Assembly: GCF_003334385.1 (NCBI RefSeq)
Contig: NZ_QOWN01000004.1
Source of the DNA: Escherichia coli
Lineage (GTDB): Bacteria > Pseudomonadota > Gammaproteobacteria > Enterobacterales > Enterobacteriaceae
Length of the DNA: 64,000 bases
Direction: 5' to 3' (one strand)
Shown here: piece by piece, positions 35,459 to 47,322 of the stretch
Layout of the letters: every line of letters starts with the position of its first letter
Position numbering within the stretch: the stretch's first letter is position 1
Notes under the pieces: model-generated
Seen by the model: the letters and a program-made list of their open reading frames with translations, nothing else
Told to the model about the DNA's origin: nothing
Databases searched by the model: none
Program-made: the position numbers and the translations under genes

Positions 35459-36961
35459 ATGACGACTAACCAACACCAGGAGATCCTCCGCACCGAAGGA
35501 TTAAGTAAATTTTTCCCCGGCGTCAAAGCGTTAGACAACGTTGATTTCAGCCTGCGCCGCGGCGAAATCATGGCGCTGCTCGGTGAAAACGGGGCAGGAA
35601 AATCAACGCTAATCAAAGCATTAACTGGTGTATACCACGCCGATCGCGGCACCATCTGGCTGGAAGGCCAGGCTATCTCACCGAAAAATACCGCCCATGC
35701 ACAACAACTCGGTATCGGCACCGTCTATCAGGAAGTAAACCTGCTACCCAATATGTCGGTCGCTGATAATCTATTTATAGGCCGCGAACCCAAACGCTTC
35801 GGCCTTCTACGCCGCAAAGAGATGGAAAAGCGCGCCACCGAACTGATGGCATCTTACGGTTTCTCCCTCGACGTGCGCGAACCGCTCAACCGCTTTTCAG
35901 TCGCGATGCAGCAAATCGTCGCTATTTGCCGGGCTATCGATCTCTCTGCCAAAGTGCTGATCCTCGATGAACCCACCGCCAGTCTCGACACCCAGGAAGT
36001 GGAGTTACTGTTTGACCTGATGCGTCAGTTGCGCGATCGCGGCGTCAGCCTGATTTTTGTCACTCACTTTCTCGATCAGGTCTATCAGGTCAGCGATCGG
36101 ATCACCGTCTTACGCAACGGCAGTTTCGTAGGCTGTCGGGAAACGTGCGAGCTACCGCAGATCGAACTGGTAAAAATGATGCTGGGGCGCGAGCTGGATA
36201 CCCACGCGCTACAGCGTGCCGGGCGAACATTGTTGAGCGACAAACCCGTTGCCGCGTTCAAAAATTACGGCAAAAAAGGAACGATCGCACCGTTTGATCT
36301 CGAAGTACGCCCCGGCGAGATCGTCGGTCTGGCTGGATTGCTGGGATCAGGACGTACCGAAACCGCCGAAGTGATCTTCGGTATCAAACCTGCTGACAGC
36401 GGCACGGCGTTGATCAAAGGCAAACCGCAAAACCTGCGATCGCCACATCAGGCTTCGGTACTGGGCATTGGCTTCTGCCCGGAAGACAGGAAAACCGATG
36501 GCATCATCGCTGCCGCCTCGGTGCGGGAAAATATCATCCTCGCTCTCCAGGCCCAGCGCGGCTGGCTACGTCCCATTTCCCGCAAAGAACAGCAAGAGAT
36601 TGCCGAACGCTTTATCCGCCAGCTTGGCATTCGCACACCTTCAACTGAACAACCGATTGAATTTCTCTCTGGCGGCAATCAGCAAAAAGTGTTGCTTTCA
36701 CGTTGGCTACTGACCCGACCGCAATTTCTGATCCTTGATGAGCCAACTCGCGGCATTGATGTTGGTGCCCACGCCGAGATCATCCGCCTGATTGAAACGC
36801 TATGCGCCGATGGTCTGGCGCTGCTGGTGATCTCCTCCGAACTGGAAGAACTGGTGGGCTATGCCGACCGGGTGATCATCATGCGCGATCGCAAACAGGT
36901 GGCGGAGATCCCGCTGGCAGAGCTTTCCGTTCCGGCGATCATGAACGCCATTGCGGCGTAA
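35459..36961 (+). CDS. ytfR: Galactofuranose ABC transporter ATP-binding protein YtfR (tandem ABC domains)
   Basis: 500 aa; Walker A GENGAGKST and a second ABC domain GLLGSGRTE. Confidence 0.94.
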   Translation: MTTNQHQEILRTEGLSKFFPGVKALDNVDFSLRRGEIMALLGENGAGKSTLIKALTGVYHADRGTIWLEGQAISPKNTAHAQQLGIGTVYQEVNLLPNMSVADNLFIGREPKRFGLLRRKEMEKRATELMASYGFSLDVREPLNRFSVAMQQIVAICRAIDLSAKVLILDEPTASLDTQEVELLFDLMRQLRDRGVSLIFVTHFLDQVYQVSDRITVLRNGSFVGCRETCELPQIELVKMMLGRELDTHALQRAGRTLLSDKPVAAFKNYGKKGTIAPFDLEVRPGEIVGLAGLLGSGRTETAEVIFGIKPADSGTALIKGKPQNLRSPHQASVLGIGFCPEDRKTDGIIAAASVRENIILALQAQRGWLRPISRKEQQEIAERFIRQLGIRTPSTEQPIEFLSGGNQQKVLLSRWLLTRPQFLILDEPTRGIDVGAHAEIIRLIETLCADGLALLVISSELEELVGYADRVIIMRDRKQVAEIPLAELSVPAIMNAIAA

Positions 36962-36971
36962 GGAGAACAGT

Positions 36972-37997
36972 GTGATGCCTCAATCTCTCCCGGACACTAC
37001 GCCGCCGAAAAGGCGCTTTCGCTGGCCAACGGGAATGCCGCAGCTGGCGGCACTGTTGCTGGTGCTGCTGGTCGATAGCCTGGTGGCCCCGCATTTCTGG
37101 CAGGTGGTGCTCCAGGATGGGCGTTTATTCGGTAGCCCCATAGACATTCTTAACCGTGCGGCCCCCGTTGCGCTGTTGGCTATCGGAATGACGCTGGTGA
37201 TCGCAACAGGTGGGATTGATCTCTCCGTGGGGGCGGTGATGGCTATCGCCGGAGCCACAACGGCTGCGATGACGGTCGCGGGATTCAGCCTGCCGATTGT
37301 TTTGTTAAGCGCCCTGGGCACTGGCATCCTGGCGGGATTGTGGAACGGCATACTGGTAGCGATCCTCAAAATTCAGCCGTTTGTTGCCACCCTGATCCTG
37401 ATGGTCGCCGGGCGCGGCGTGGCGCAACTGATCACCTCCGGACAGATCGTCACGTTTAACTCGCCGGATCTCTCATGGTTTGGCAGTGGATCGCTGTTGT
37501 TCCTGCCAACGCCGGTCATTATCGCGGTGCTGACGCTTATCCTGTTCTGGCTGTTGACCCGCAAAACGGCGCTGGGGATGTTTATCGAAGCCGTTGGTAT
37601 CAACATTCGGGCGGCAAAAAATGCCGGGGTAAACACGCGGATCATCGTCATGCTTACCTACGTGTTGAGCGGGCTGTGTGCGGCGATTGCGGGCATTATC
37701 GTGGCGGCGGATATTCGCGGTGCCGATGCCAATAACGCCGGGTTATGGCTGGAGCTGGACGCCATTCTCGCGGTGGTTATTGGCGGCGGATCGCTGATGG
37801 GCGGACGTTTTAACCTACTGCTTTCGGTGGTGGGGGCGCTGATTATTCAGGGGATGAACACCGGAATTTTGCTTTCGGGCTTTCCGCCAGAGATGAACCA
37901 GGTTGTAAAAGCGGTGGTGGTTCTTTGCGTGCTGATTGTCCAGTCGCAACGCTTTATCAGTCTGATTAAAGGAGTACGTAGCCGTGATAAAACGTAA
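36972..37997 (+). CDS. ytfT: Galactofuranose ABC transporter permease YtfT
   Basis: Hydrophobic permease; GTG start 7 nt after AAGGAGA (the track start at 36951 is TTG). Confidence 0.88.
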   Translation: MMPQSLPDTTPPKRRFRWPTGMPQLAALLLVLLVDSLVAPHFWQVVLQDGRLFGSPIDILNRAAPVALLAIGMTLVIATGGIDLSVGAVMAIAGATTAAMTVAGFSLPIVLLSALGTGILAGLWNGILVAILKIQPFVATLILMVAGRGVAQLITSGQIVTFNSPDLSWFGSGSLLFLPTPVIIAVLTLILFWLLTRKTALGMFIEAVGINIRAAKNAGVNTRIIVMLTYVLSGLCAAIAGIIVAADIRGADANNAGLWLELDAILAVVIGGGSLMGGRFNLLLSVVGALIIQGMNTGILLSGFPPEMNQVVKAVVVLCVLIVQSQRFISLIKGVRSRDKT

Positions 37998-38979
37998 TTT
38001 GCCACTGATGATCACCATCGGCGTCTTTGTGTTGGGTTATCTTTACTGCCTGACCCAGTTTCCCGGTTTTGCTTCCACAAGAGTGATCTGCAATATCCTG
38101 ACCGATAACGCCTTTCTTGGGATCATTGCCGTTGGCATGACCTTTGTGATCCTCTCCGGTGGGATCGATCTCTCCGTCGGTTCGGTGATCGCCTTTACTG
38201 GCGTGTTTCTGGCAAAAGTGATTGGCGATTTCGGCCTCTCGCCGCTACTGGCGTTTCCGCTAGTGCTGGTGATGGGCTGTGCCTTCGGCGCATTTATGGG
38301 GCTTTTGATCGACGCCCTGAAGATCCCGGCATTTATCATTACCCTGGCGGGGATGTTCTTTTTGCGCGGTGTCAGCTATCTCGTTTCGGAAGAGTCGATT
38401 CCGATAAACCATCCCATTTATGACACGCTCTCAAGCCTTGCGTGGAAAATCCCTGGCGGCGGTCGCTTAAGTGCGATGGGACTGCTGATGTTGGCGGTGG
38501 TGGTTATCGGTATTTTCCTCGCGCATCGTACCCGTTTTGGTAATCAGGTATACGCCATTGGCGGCAACGCAACGTCGGCGAACCTGATGGGGATTTCCAC
38601 TCGCAGCACCACTATTCGCATTTATATGCTCTCCACCGGACTGGCAACGCTGGCGGGGATTGTCTTCTCGATTTATACCCAGGCCGGATATGCGCTGGCG
38701 GGCGTAGGTGTGGAACTGGATGCTATCGCCTCAGTGGTAATTGGCGGTACGCTTCTGAGCGGTGGCGTTGGAACGGTATTAGGGACGCTTTTTGGCGTGG
38801 CGATTCAGGGGCTAATACAGACTTATATCAACTTTGATGGCACGCTGAGCTCATGGTGGACGAAAATCGCCATCGGTATTTTGTTATTTATTTTTATAGC
38901 ATTACAGCGTGGATTAACGGTGCTGTGGGAGAATCGTCAGAGTTCGCCTGTGACAAGAGTCAACATTGCGCAGCGATAA
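37984..38979 (+). CDS. yjfF: Galactofuranose ABC transporter permease YjfF
   Basis: 331 aa, MIKRNLPLMITIGVFVLGYLYC...; GTG start overlapping the ytfT 3' end; AAAGGAG RBS. Confidence 0.9.
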   Translation: MIKRNLPLMITIGVFVLGYLYCLTQFPGFASTRVICNILTDNAFLGIIAVGMTFVILSGGIDLSVGSVIAFTGVFLAKVIGDFGLSPLLAFPLVLVMGCAFGAFMGLLIDALKIPAFIITLAGMFFLRGVSYLVSEESIPINHPIYDTLSSLAWKIPGGGRLSAMGLLMLAVVVIGIFLAHRTRFGNQVYAIGGNATSANLMGISTRSTTIRIYMLSTGLATLAGIVFSIYTQAGYALAGVGVELDAIASVVIGGTLLSGGVGTVLGTLFGVAIQGLIQTYINFDGTLSSWWTKIAIGILLFIFIALQRGLTVLWENRQSSPVTRVNIAQR

Positions 38980-38980
38980 A

Positions 38981-39006
38981 AACGCCTCTCCGTGTGGAGA
39001 GGCGCA
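38981..39006. terminator. Bidirectional terminator between yjfF and fbp
   Basis: cgcctctcc-gtgt-ggagaggcg, a perfect 9-bp stem. Confidence 0.75.
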
Positions 39007-39011
39007 GGAGA

Positions 39012-40010
39012 TTACGCGTCCGGGAACTCACGGATAAAGCGTTCGACATCTTCAACCATATGGTCGTTGCCGACAAAGAACGAACGGCGCTGGTGCAGAG
39101 TTTCCGGGATGATATCCAGAATACGCTCTTTGCCATCGCTCGCTTTACCGCCCGCTTGTTCCGCCAGGAATGCCATCGGGTTGCACTCATACAGCAAACG
39201 CAGTTTGCCGTCCGGGTGGCTGGCGGTGCTTGGGTAGAGATAAATACCGCCTTTCAGCAGGTTACGGTGGAAATCCGCGACCAGTGAACCGATATAACGT
39301 GAGGTATAAGGGCGGTTGGTGGACTTATCTTCTTCCTGGCAGAATTTAATGTACTTCTTCACCCCGTTCGGAAACTTAATGTAGTTTCCTTCGTTGATGG
39401 AGTAGGTTTTGCCTTTCTCCGGGAAGCGCATCCGTTCCTGGCACAGACAGAAAACGCCCAGCGAAGGATCGTAAGTAAAGGCGTGAACACCGCATCCGGT
39501 GGTGTAAACCAGCATGGTAGAGGAGCCGTATACCACGTAACCTGCCGCAACCTGTTTGTTACCAGGCTGGAGGAAATCTTCTTCCGTTACCGGCGTGCCA
39601 ACAGGCGTAACGCGGCGGTAGATGGAGAAAATGGTACCGACAGAGACGTTAACATCGATGTTGGACGAGCCATCCAGTGGGTCCATCAGCACCACGTATT
39701 TTGCGTGTTCACAGCCTTCAAAGACGACAATCTCATCTTCTTCTTCAGAGGCAATGCCCGCAACGATATCGCGTGCTTTCAGTGCGGCTTTCAGTTTTTC
39801 ATTAGCGAACAAGTCGAGTTTCTGCTGAACCTCGCCCTGCACGTTCTCAGCACCGCTGGCACCCAGGATATCAACCAGTCCTGCTTTGTTGATATCGCGA
39901 TGGATAATCTTGGCGCCCAGTTTTATTGCCGACAGCAAAGCAGTGAGCTCACCGGTAGCATGAGAAAACTCGTGCTGCTTTTCGACAATAAATTCACCTA
40001 ACGTTTTCAT
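39012..40010 (-). CDS. fbp: Fructose-1,6-bisphosphatase class 1
   Basis: 332 aa from [34 protein letters not shown]...; the track ORF extends 61 codons upstream. Confidence 0.96.
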
Positions 40011-40185
40011 AAAACTTTCCCTGCAATGTTTATGGAGTAAAGCGACCGCAACAATCTTAACAAATAATCTCAATGTTGCGCTCAGGTGAATCGCGCCAGC
40101 AAATTGCGGATTATCCTGAAATGCGTTTCTCACTTGCCCGACATATGCGTAAAATGAGCGGCAGATTAAAAAAGGATAGTGACGT

Positions 40186-41559
40186 ATGCGCATTCATATT
40201 TTAGGAATTTGTGGCACGTTTATGGGCGGTCTGGCGATGCTGGCGCGCCAGTTAGGCCATGAAGTAACGGGTTCGGACGCCAATGTGTATCCGCCGATGA
40301 GCACCTTACTTGAGAAGCAAGGCATTGAACTGATTCAGGGTTACGATGCCAGCCAGCTCGATCCGCAGCCGGATCTGGTGATTATTGGCAACGCCATGAC
40401 CCGTGGAAATCCGTGTGTGGAAGCGGTACTGGAAAAAAACATCCCTTATATGTCAGGTCCACAGTGGCTGCACGATTTTGTGCTGCGCGACCGCTGGGTG
40501 CTGGCCGTTGCCGGTACACATGGCAAAACCACCACCGCGGGAATGGCAACCTGGATTCTGGAACAGTGCGGTTACAAACCGGGATTTGTGATCGGCGGTG
40601 TGCCGGGGAACTTTGAGGTTTCGGCGCGTCTGGGCGAAAGCGACTTCTTTGTTATCGAAGCGGATGAGTATGACTGCGCCTTCTTCGACAAACGCTCTAA
40701 ATTTGTCCATTACTGCCCACGTACGCTGATCCTCAACAACCTTGAGTTCGATCACGCCGATATCTTTGACGACCTGAAAGCGATCCAGAAACAGTTCCAC
40801 CATCTGGTGCGTATCGTTCCGGGGCAGGGCCGTATTATCTGGCCAGAAAACGACATCAACCTGAAACAGACCATGGCGATGGGCTGCTGGAGCGAGCAGG
40901 AGCTGGTGGGTGAGCAGGGGCACTGGCAGGCGAAAAAGCTGACCACCGATGCTTCCGAATGGGAAGTTTTGCTGGATGGCGAAAAAGTGGGCGAAGTGAA
41001 ATGGTCGCTGGTAGGCGAACATAATATGCACAATGGCCTGATGGCGATTGCGGCGGCTCGCCATGTTGGTGTAGCGCCGGCAGATGCCGCTAACGCGCTG
41101 GGTTCGTTTATTAACGCTCGTCGCCGTCTGGAGTTGCGTGGTGAAGCGAATGGCGTCACGGTATATGACGATTTTGCCCATCACCCAACGGCGATTCTGG
41201 CAACGCTTGCGGCGCTGCGTGGCAAAGTTGGCGGTACGGCGCGCATTATTGCCGTGCTGGAACCGCGCTCGAATACCATGAAAATGGGGATCTGCAAAGA
41301 CGATCTGGCACCTTCATTAGGTCGTGCCGATGAAGTCTTCCTGCTGCAACCGGCGCATATTCCGTGGCAGGTGGCAGAAGTGGCAGAAGCCTGCGTTCAG
41401 CCTGCACACTGGAGTGGCGATGTGGATACGCTGGCAGATATGGTGGTGAAAACCGCTCAGCCTGGCGACCATATTCTGGTGATGAGCAACGGCGGTTTTG
41501 GTGGGATCCATCAGAAACTGCTGGATGGTCTGGCGAAGAAGGCGGAAGCCGCGCAGTAA
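40186..41559 (+). CDS. mpl: UDP-N-acetylmuramate:L-alanyl-gamma-D-glutamyl-meso-diaminopimelate ligase Mpl
   Basis: 457 aa, [31 protein letters not shown]...GTHGKTTT... Confidence 0.96.
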
Positions 41560-41561
41560 TT

Positions 41562-41695
41562 CGGCCTTAGCCTGATATAGTGTGCGTAGGCCGGATAAGG
41601 CGTTCACGCCGCATCCGGCATTTGAGCATAGTGCCTGATGCGACGCTTGATGCGTCTTATCAGGCCTACAGGTGCACCGCATCCGGCAAACCATA
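41562..41695. repeat. REP/BIME cluster between mpl and yjgA
   Basis: gtaggccggataaggcgttcacgccgcatccggca ... gcctgatgcgacgcttgatgcgtcttatcaggcctac ... ccgcatccggca. Confidence 0.8.
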
Positions 41696-41714
41696 CTCAC
41701 ATCAACAACGAAAA

Positions 41715-42266
41715 TTACCCTTCATTCTCCGCCAGTTCGCGCAGATACTGGAAAATCTGGCGTGCGGATTTCGGCGGCTTATTCCCTTCTTTCTCTTTCT
41801 TCGCGTTGCGGATCAGAGTACGCAGTTGCTGACGATCGGCATCGGGCCACAGATTTAATACCTCAGCGATGGCGTCATCACCTTGATCGATCAGACGATC
41901 GCGCAGGTTTTCCAGTTTATGGAACAGCACCACCTGCTGGTTGTGACGGTTTTTCAGCTTATCCAGCGCCTGACGAATAGGCTCTACGTCGCGCTGGCGC
42001 AGCATCTTACCGATGAGCTGCAACTGGCGGCGGCGACCTTCCATCTTAATACGCTGGGCGAGCTCAATAGCCGCGCGCAGATCCGCATCTAACGGGATCT
42101 TATCCAGCGCGTTTTTCCCCAGATCAACAATTTCCGCGCCAAGGCGTTTTAGCTCCTCGGCATCACGTTTAATTTCACTTTTACTGACCCAGATAATTTC
42201 ATCGTCTTCGTCTTCGATGTCATCACCGGGAACGTCGTCGAGCCAGTCTTCGGGCTGCTTAGTCAT
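41715..42266 (-). CDS. yjgA: Ribosome-associated protein YjgA (DarP, DUF615)
   Basis: 183 aa, [43 protein letters not shown]... Confidence 0.93.
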
Positions 42267-42360
42267 CTCAGGCTCCTTAAAAAAAAGAGGCTAATGTTAC
42301 CAGTTAAGATGCGCACTGAAAAACGGTTCTCTGTTAGACTTCAGAGAAACTCTCTACATT

Positions 42361-43713
42361 ATGGCACTTGCAATGAAAGTAATCTCTCAAGTTGAAGCGC
42401 AGCGCAAGATTCTGGAAGAAGCAGTTTCCACTGCGCTGGAGTTGGCCTCAGGCAAATCGGACGGTGCGGAAGTTGCCGTCAGCAAGACCACCGGCATTAG
42501 CGTAAGCACGCGTTATGGTGAAGTGGAGAATGTTGAATTCAATAGCGATGGCGCGCTGGGGATCACTGTTTATCACCAGAACCGCAAAGGTAGCGCATCA
42601 TCCACCGATTTAAGCCCGCAGGCCATTGCCCGTACTGTACAGGCGGCGCTGGATATTGCCCGTTATACCTCGCCAGATCCCTGTGCCGGCGTGGCAGACA
42701 AAGAGCTGCTGGCCTTTGACGCACCAGATCTCGACTTGTTCCACCCTGCGGAAGTTTCCCCGGATGAAGCCATTGAACTGGCGGCCCGCGCAGAACAGGC
42801 GGCATTGCAGGCGGACAAACGCATCACCAATACCGAAGGTGGCAGCTTTAACAGCCACTACGGTGTCAAAGTTTTTGGCAACAGCCACGGCATGTTGCAG
42901 GGTTACTGCTCAACGCGTCATTCGCTCTCCAGCTGTGTAATTGCCGAAGAAAATGGCGATATGGAGCGTGATTACGCCTACACCATTGGTCGTGCGATGA
43001 GCGATCTGCAAACGCCAGAGTGGGTTGGGGCCGACTGTGCTCGCCGTACTTTATCGCGCCTGTCACCGCGTAAACTCTCCACCATGAAAGCGCCGGTCAT
43101 TTTTGCCAATGAAGTGGCAACCGGGCTTTTTGGCCATCTGGTGGGGGCGATAGCGGGTGGATCGGTTTACCGTAAATCCACCTTCCTGCTGGATTCGCTG
43201 GGTAAACAAATTCTGCCGGACTGGCTGACCATTGAAGAGCATCCGCATCTGCTGAAAGGGCTGGCATCGACGCCATTTGACAGCGAAGGTGTGCGCACCG
43301 AGCGTCGCGATATTATTAAAGATGGCATCCTGACTCAGTGGCTGCTGACCAGCTACTCGGCGCGGAAACTGGGGCTGAAAAGCACCGGACATGCGGGCGG
43401 TATTCACAACTGGCGGATTGCCGGACAAGGGCTAAGCTTCGAACAAATGCTCAAAGAGATGGGTACCGGGCTGGTGGTGACGGAGCTGATGGGCCAGGGC
43501 GTGAGTGCCATTACCGGTGATTATTCCCGTGGTGCAGCGGGCTTCTGGGTAGAGAATGGCGAAATTCAGTATCCGGTTAGCGAAATCACCATCGCAGGTA
43601 ATTTAAAAGATATGTGGCGCAATATTGTCACCGTCGGTAACGATATTGAAACACGCAGTAATATACAGTGTGGTTCTGTGCTGTTGCCGGAGATGAAAAT
43701 CGCCGGGCAGTAA
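42361..43713 (+). CDS. pmbA: Metalloprotease PmbA (TldE)
   Basis: 450 aa, [42 protein letters not shown]... Confidence 0.96.
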
Positions 43714-43892
43714 AAAACTGGCGCGACCTGCCGCGCTATAAACTAAAAAATTACACAAAATCATTCGCACTGCATCGAGACGGAAAGTGAATGAGGGCCG
43801 GGGAGCGTACTCGCAGTACGTGACCCGGGCGAATGAGCGTAGCCGTCGATGAGGCAGTGTGAAGGATGAAGTGTAAATAAAAAAGGAAGTGA

Positions 43893-44282
<390 letters not shown>

Positions 44283-44326
44283 TTCCTCATTTCCCTGTTG
44301 CCTGCACTCAGGTAACAGGGAACTTA

Positions 44327-44791
44327 TCATCGCAAATGATGCACCACCTGATTGCTGCTGCCGCGCCAGATCAGGGAAGGGTCTTTTAAATCCTGCACAA
44401 ATTTGCCGTCGACCAGTACGTTAATCAAATCAACAACCTGCATTTGCGCAGCGTTGAGATCGTCGAGTTTATAGCCTGTCCACACCCAGATGTCTTTATC
44501 CGGACACTCGGCGCGGATGCGTTTTACCAGTTTCAGAATATCCGGCACGTTTTGCGGATGCAGCGGATCGCCGCCGGAGAGGGAAATCCCCTGGCGTTTG
44601 ATACGAGTGTCATTCAGATCGTTAATGATCTGGTCTTCCATTGCTTTGGTAAATGGCTGACCAGAATTTACCCGCCATGTGCTTTTGTTATAGCAACCGG
44701 GGCATTCATGAACACACCCGGAGACAAACAGGGTGCAGCGAGTGCCGGGGCCGTTGACGATGTCGACAGGATAGTACTGATGATAATTCAT
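44327..44791 (-). CDS. nrdG: Anaerobic ribonucleoside-triphosphate reductase activating protein NrdG (radical SAM)
   Basis: 154 aa, MNYHQYYPVDIVNGPGTRCTLFVSGCVHECPGCYNKSTW... Confidence 0.96.
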   Translation of the reverse strand: MNYHQYYPVDIVNGPGTRCTLFVSGCVHECPGCYNKSTWRVNSGQPFTKAMEDQIINDLNDTRIKRQGISLSGGDPLHPQNVPDILKLVKRIRAECPDKDIWVWTGYKLDDLNAAQMQVVDLINVLVDGKFVQDLKDPSLIWRGSSNQVVHHLR

Positions 44792-44817
44792 TATTTCGCC
44801 TGGTTTATCAGTCCGCG

Positions 44818-44932
<115 letters not shown>

Positions 44933-44948
44933 TAACGTAGAGTGAAGA

Positions 44949-47087
44949 TTAACCTATCTGCCCATTTCCCAAATGTTTAACGCGGCGCTTAACTTCTTCC
45001 TGCTTACCGGCGTTAAATGGACGTGCATCCGGGCTACCTAAATATCCGCACACGCGGCGAGTTACCGACACACGGGAGGCGTCATGGTTACCACATTTCG
45101 GGCAAGTGAAGCCTTTGCTGGTGCACTCGAACTCACCGGTAAAGCCACACTCGTAGCACTCATCAATCGGTGTATTGGTGCCGTAATACGGTACATGCTG
45201 ATAGCTGTAATCCCAGACATCTTCCAGCGCCTTCAGGTTGTGCTGAATGTTTGGATACTCGCCGTAGCAAATGAAACCACCGTTCGCCAGCGGCGGGTAA
45301 GGCGCTTCAAAGTCGATCTTGTCGTACGGGTTCACCTTCTTCTCCACATCGAGGTGGAAACTGTTGGTGTAGTAACCTTTATCGGTCACGCCCGGCACCA
45401 CGCCAAACTCAGCAGTATCGAGACGGCAGAAGCGGTCGCACAGGTTTTCACTCGGCGTGCTGTAGAGACTGAAACCATAACCCGTTTCTTCTTTCCACTG
45501 ATCCACTGCCTGACGCAGACGTTCAACAATGGCGATACCTTTCGCGCGAAGCTGCTCGTTGTCGTAAACATGCTCGCCGCCGAACAGCGCGTTAATGGTT
45601 TCGTGGATGCCGATGTAACCCAGCGAAATAGACGCACGACCGTTTTTGAAGATTTCAGAAACATCATCGTCAGCATTGAGACGCACGCCACAAGCACCTT
45701 CCATATAGAGGATCGGGGCCACGCGCGCTTTCACGCCTTCGAGACGAGCGATACGGGTCATCAGCGCCTTACGTGCCAGCACCAGACGTTCATCCAGCAG
45801 CTTCCAGAAGGTGGCTTCATCGCCTTTTGCTTCCAGAGCAATACGCGGCAGGTTCAGGCTGATCACGCCGAGGTTGTTACGACCATCGTGGATCTGCTCG
45901 CCGTTTTCATTTTCCCACACGCCGAGGAAGCTGCGGCAGCCCATCGGGGTTTTAAACGAACCGGTGACTTTCACTACCTGATCGTAGTTCAGGATATCCG
46001 GATACATGCGCTTGCTTGCGCACTCCAGCGCCAGCTGTTTGATGTCGTAGTTCGGATCGCCTTTTTTATGGTTCAGACCATCGCGAATCGCAAACACCAG
46101 TTTCGGGAACACCGCAGTTTTACGGTTTTTACCGAGACCTGCGATACGGTTACGCAGGATAGATTCCTGAATCAGGCGCGATTCCCAGCTGGTGCCCAGA
46201 CCAAAACCAAAAGTTACAAACGGCGTTTGACCGTTGGCGGTATGCAGGGTGTTTACTTCGTACTCCAGCGACTGGAAGGCATCGTAGCACTCTTTAATGG
46301 TACGAGAGTTAGCGTAGCCTTCTGCGTCCGGGATGCTCCACTCTTCTGCGGTCTTGCGATGTTTGTTGTAGCTGGCGGTGACAAACGGTGCCAGCACTTC
46401 ATCGATACGGTTAATGGTGGTGCCGCCATAAATATGGCTGGCAACCTGAGCAATAATCTGCGCAGTTACCGCGGTTGCCGTTGAGATCGACTTCGGCGGT
46501 TCAATCTCGGCGTTCCCCATTTTAAAGCCCTGGGTCAGCATGCCTTTCAGGTCGATCAACATGCAGTTGAACATCGGGAAAAACGGTGAGTAATCGAGAT
46601 CGTGATAGTGAATATCGCCACGCTCATGTGCCTGCACCACGTCACGCGGCAGCAGGTGCTGACGTGCATAGTGTTTAGCCACGATCCCGGCCAGCAGGTC
46701 GCGCTGGGTTGGAATCACCTTGCTGTCTTTGTTGGCGTTTTCGTTGAGTAACGAGGCGTTGGTCTGCTCGACCAGACCACGGATCTCCTGGTTCAGGCGA
46801 CCGCGTTTTTCACGTTCAATGTCGCGATCGTGACGGTACTCGATGTAAGCACGAGCCAGTTGTTTGTATGGACCCGACATCAGCTGGTTTTCAACTGCGG
46901 TCTGGATCTCATTGATATCCACCTGGTTGCGGCCCTGCATCTGCTCGCTGACAACCGCGGCAACAGTGGCGCAATAATCGGCATCATCGACTTCCGCTGC
47001 TTTAGCTGCACGCAGAATCGCTTCTTTGATGCGCTCTGATTTAAACGGCACTTTGCAGCCGTCTCGTTTCATCACATGCGGTGTCAT
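44949..47087 (-). CDS. nrdD: Anaerobic ribonucleoside-triphosphate reductase NrdD (glycyl radical enzyme)
   Basis: 712 aa; ATP-cone N-terminus MTPHVMKRDGCKVPFKSERIKEAI...; C-terminal Zn ribbon and glycyl radical motif ...RVCGYLG... Confidence 0.97.
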   Translation of the reverse strand: MTPHVMKRDGCKVPFKSERIKEAILRAAKAAEVDDADYCATVAAVVSEQMQGRNQVDINEIQTAVENQLMSGPYKQLARAYIEYRHDRDIEREKRGRLNQEIRGLVEQTNASLLNENANKDSKVIPTQRDLLAGIVAKHYARQHLLPRDVVQAHERGDIHYHDLDYSPFFPMFNCMLIDLKGMLTQGFKMGNAEIEPPKSISTATAVTAQIIAQVASHIYGGTTINRIDEVLAPFVTASYNKHRKTAEEWSIPDAEGYANSRTIKECYDAFQSLEYEVNTLHTANGQTPFVTFGFGLGTSWESRLIQESILRNRIAGLGKNRKTAVFPKLVFAIRDGLNHKKGDPNYDIKQLALECASKRMYPDILNYDQVVKVTGSFKTPMGCRSFLGVWENENGEQIHDGRNNLGVISLNLPRIALEAKGDEATFWKLLDERLVLARKALMTRIARLEGVKARVAPILYMEGACGVRLNADDDVSEIFKNGRASISLGYIGIHETINALFGGEHVYDNEQLRAKGIAIVERLRQAVDQWKEETGYGFSLYSTPSENLCDRFCRLDTAEFGVVPGVTDKGYYTNSFHLDVEKKVNPYDKIDFEAPYPPLANGGFICYGEYPNIQHNLKALEDVWDYSYQHVPYYGTNTPIDECYECGFTGEFECTSKGFTCPKCGNHDASRVSVTRRVCGYLGSPDARPFNAGKQEEVKRRVKHLGNGQIG

Positions 47088-47322
47088 GATCGCTCCATAT
47101 TTTTAAGAACAGGTTATCCACAGAAATTGGGAAAGGCGTTTTCCGGTTTTTTCGTTTCGTTTTCCGGTGCTTTCCGCAATCGCCATCCGCTTATCCACAA
47201 CGCCGCACCTTTTTCGTGGGGAGCTGTAGTAGCAATTATAGTCGATTAATACAACATATTGGGTTGGGACGCATTTTAAAGTCTATATATAGTGCTTTGC
47301 ATCAAGGATGTTTGAACTTTTT

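Noticed and set aside
45084-46484. 466-aa plus-strand ORF antisense to nrdD
   Set aside because: Fully embedded in the well-supported nrdD gene; the translation has no recognisable motifs; a classic GC-rich antisense artefact.
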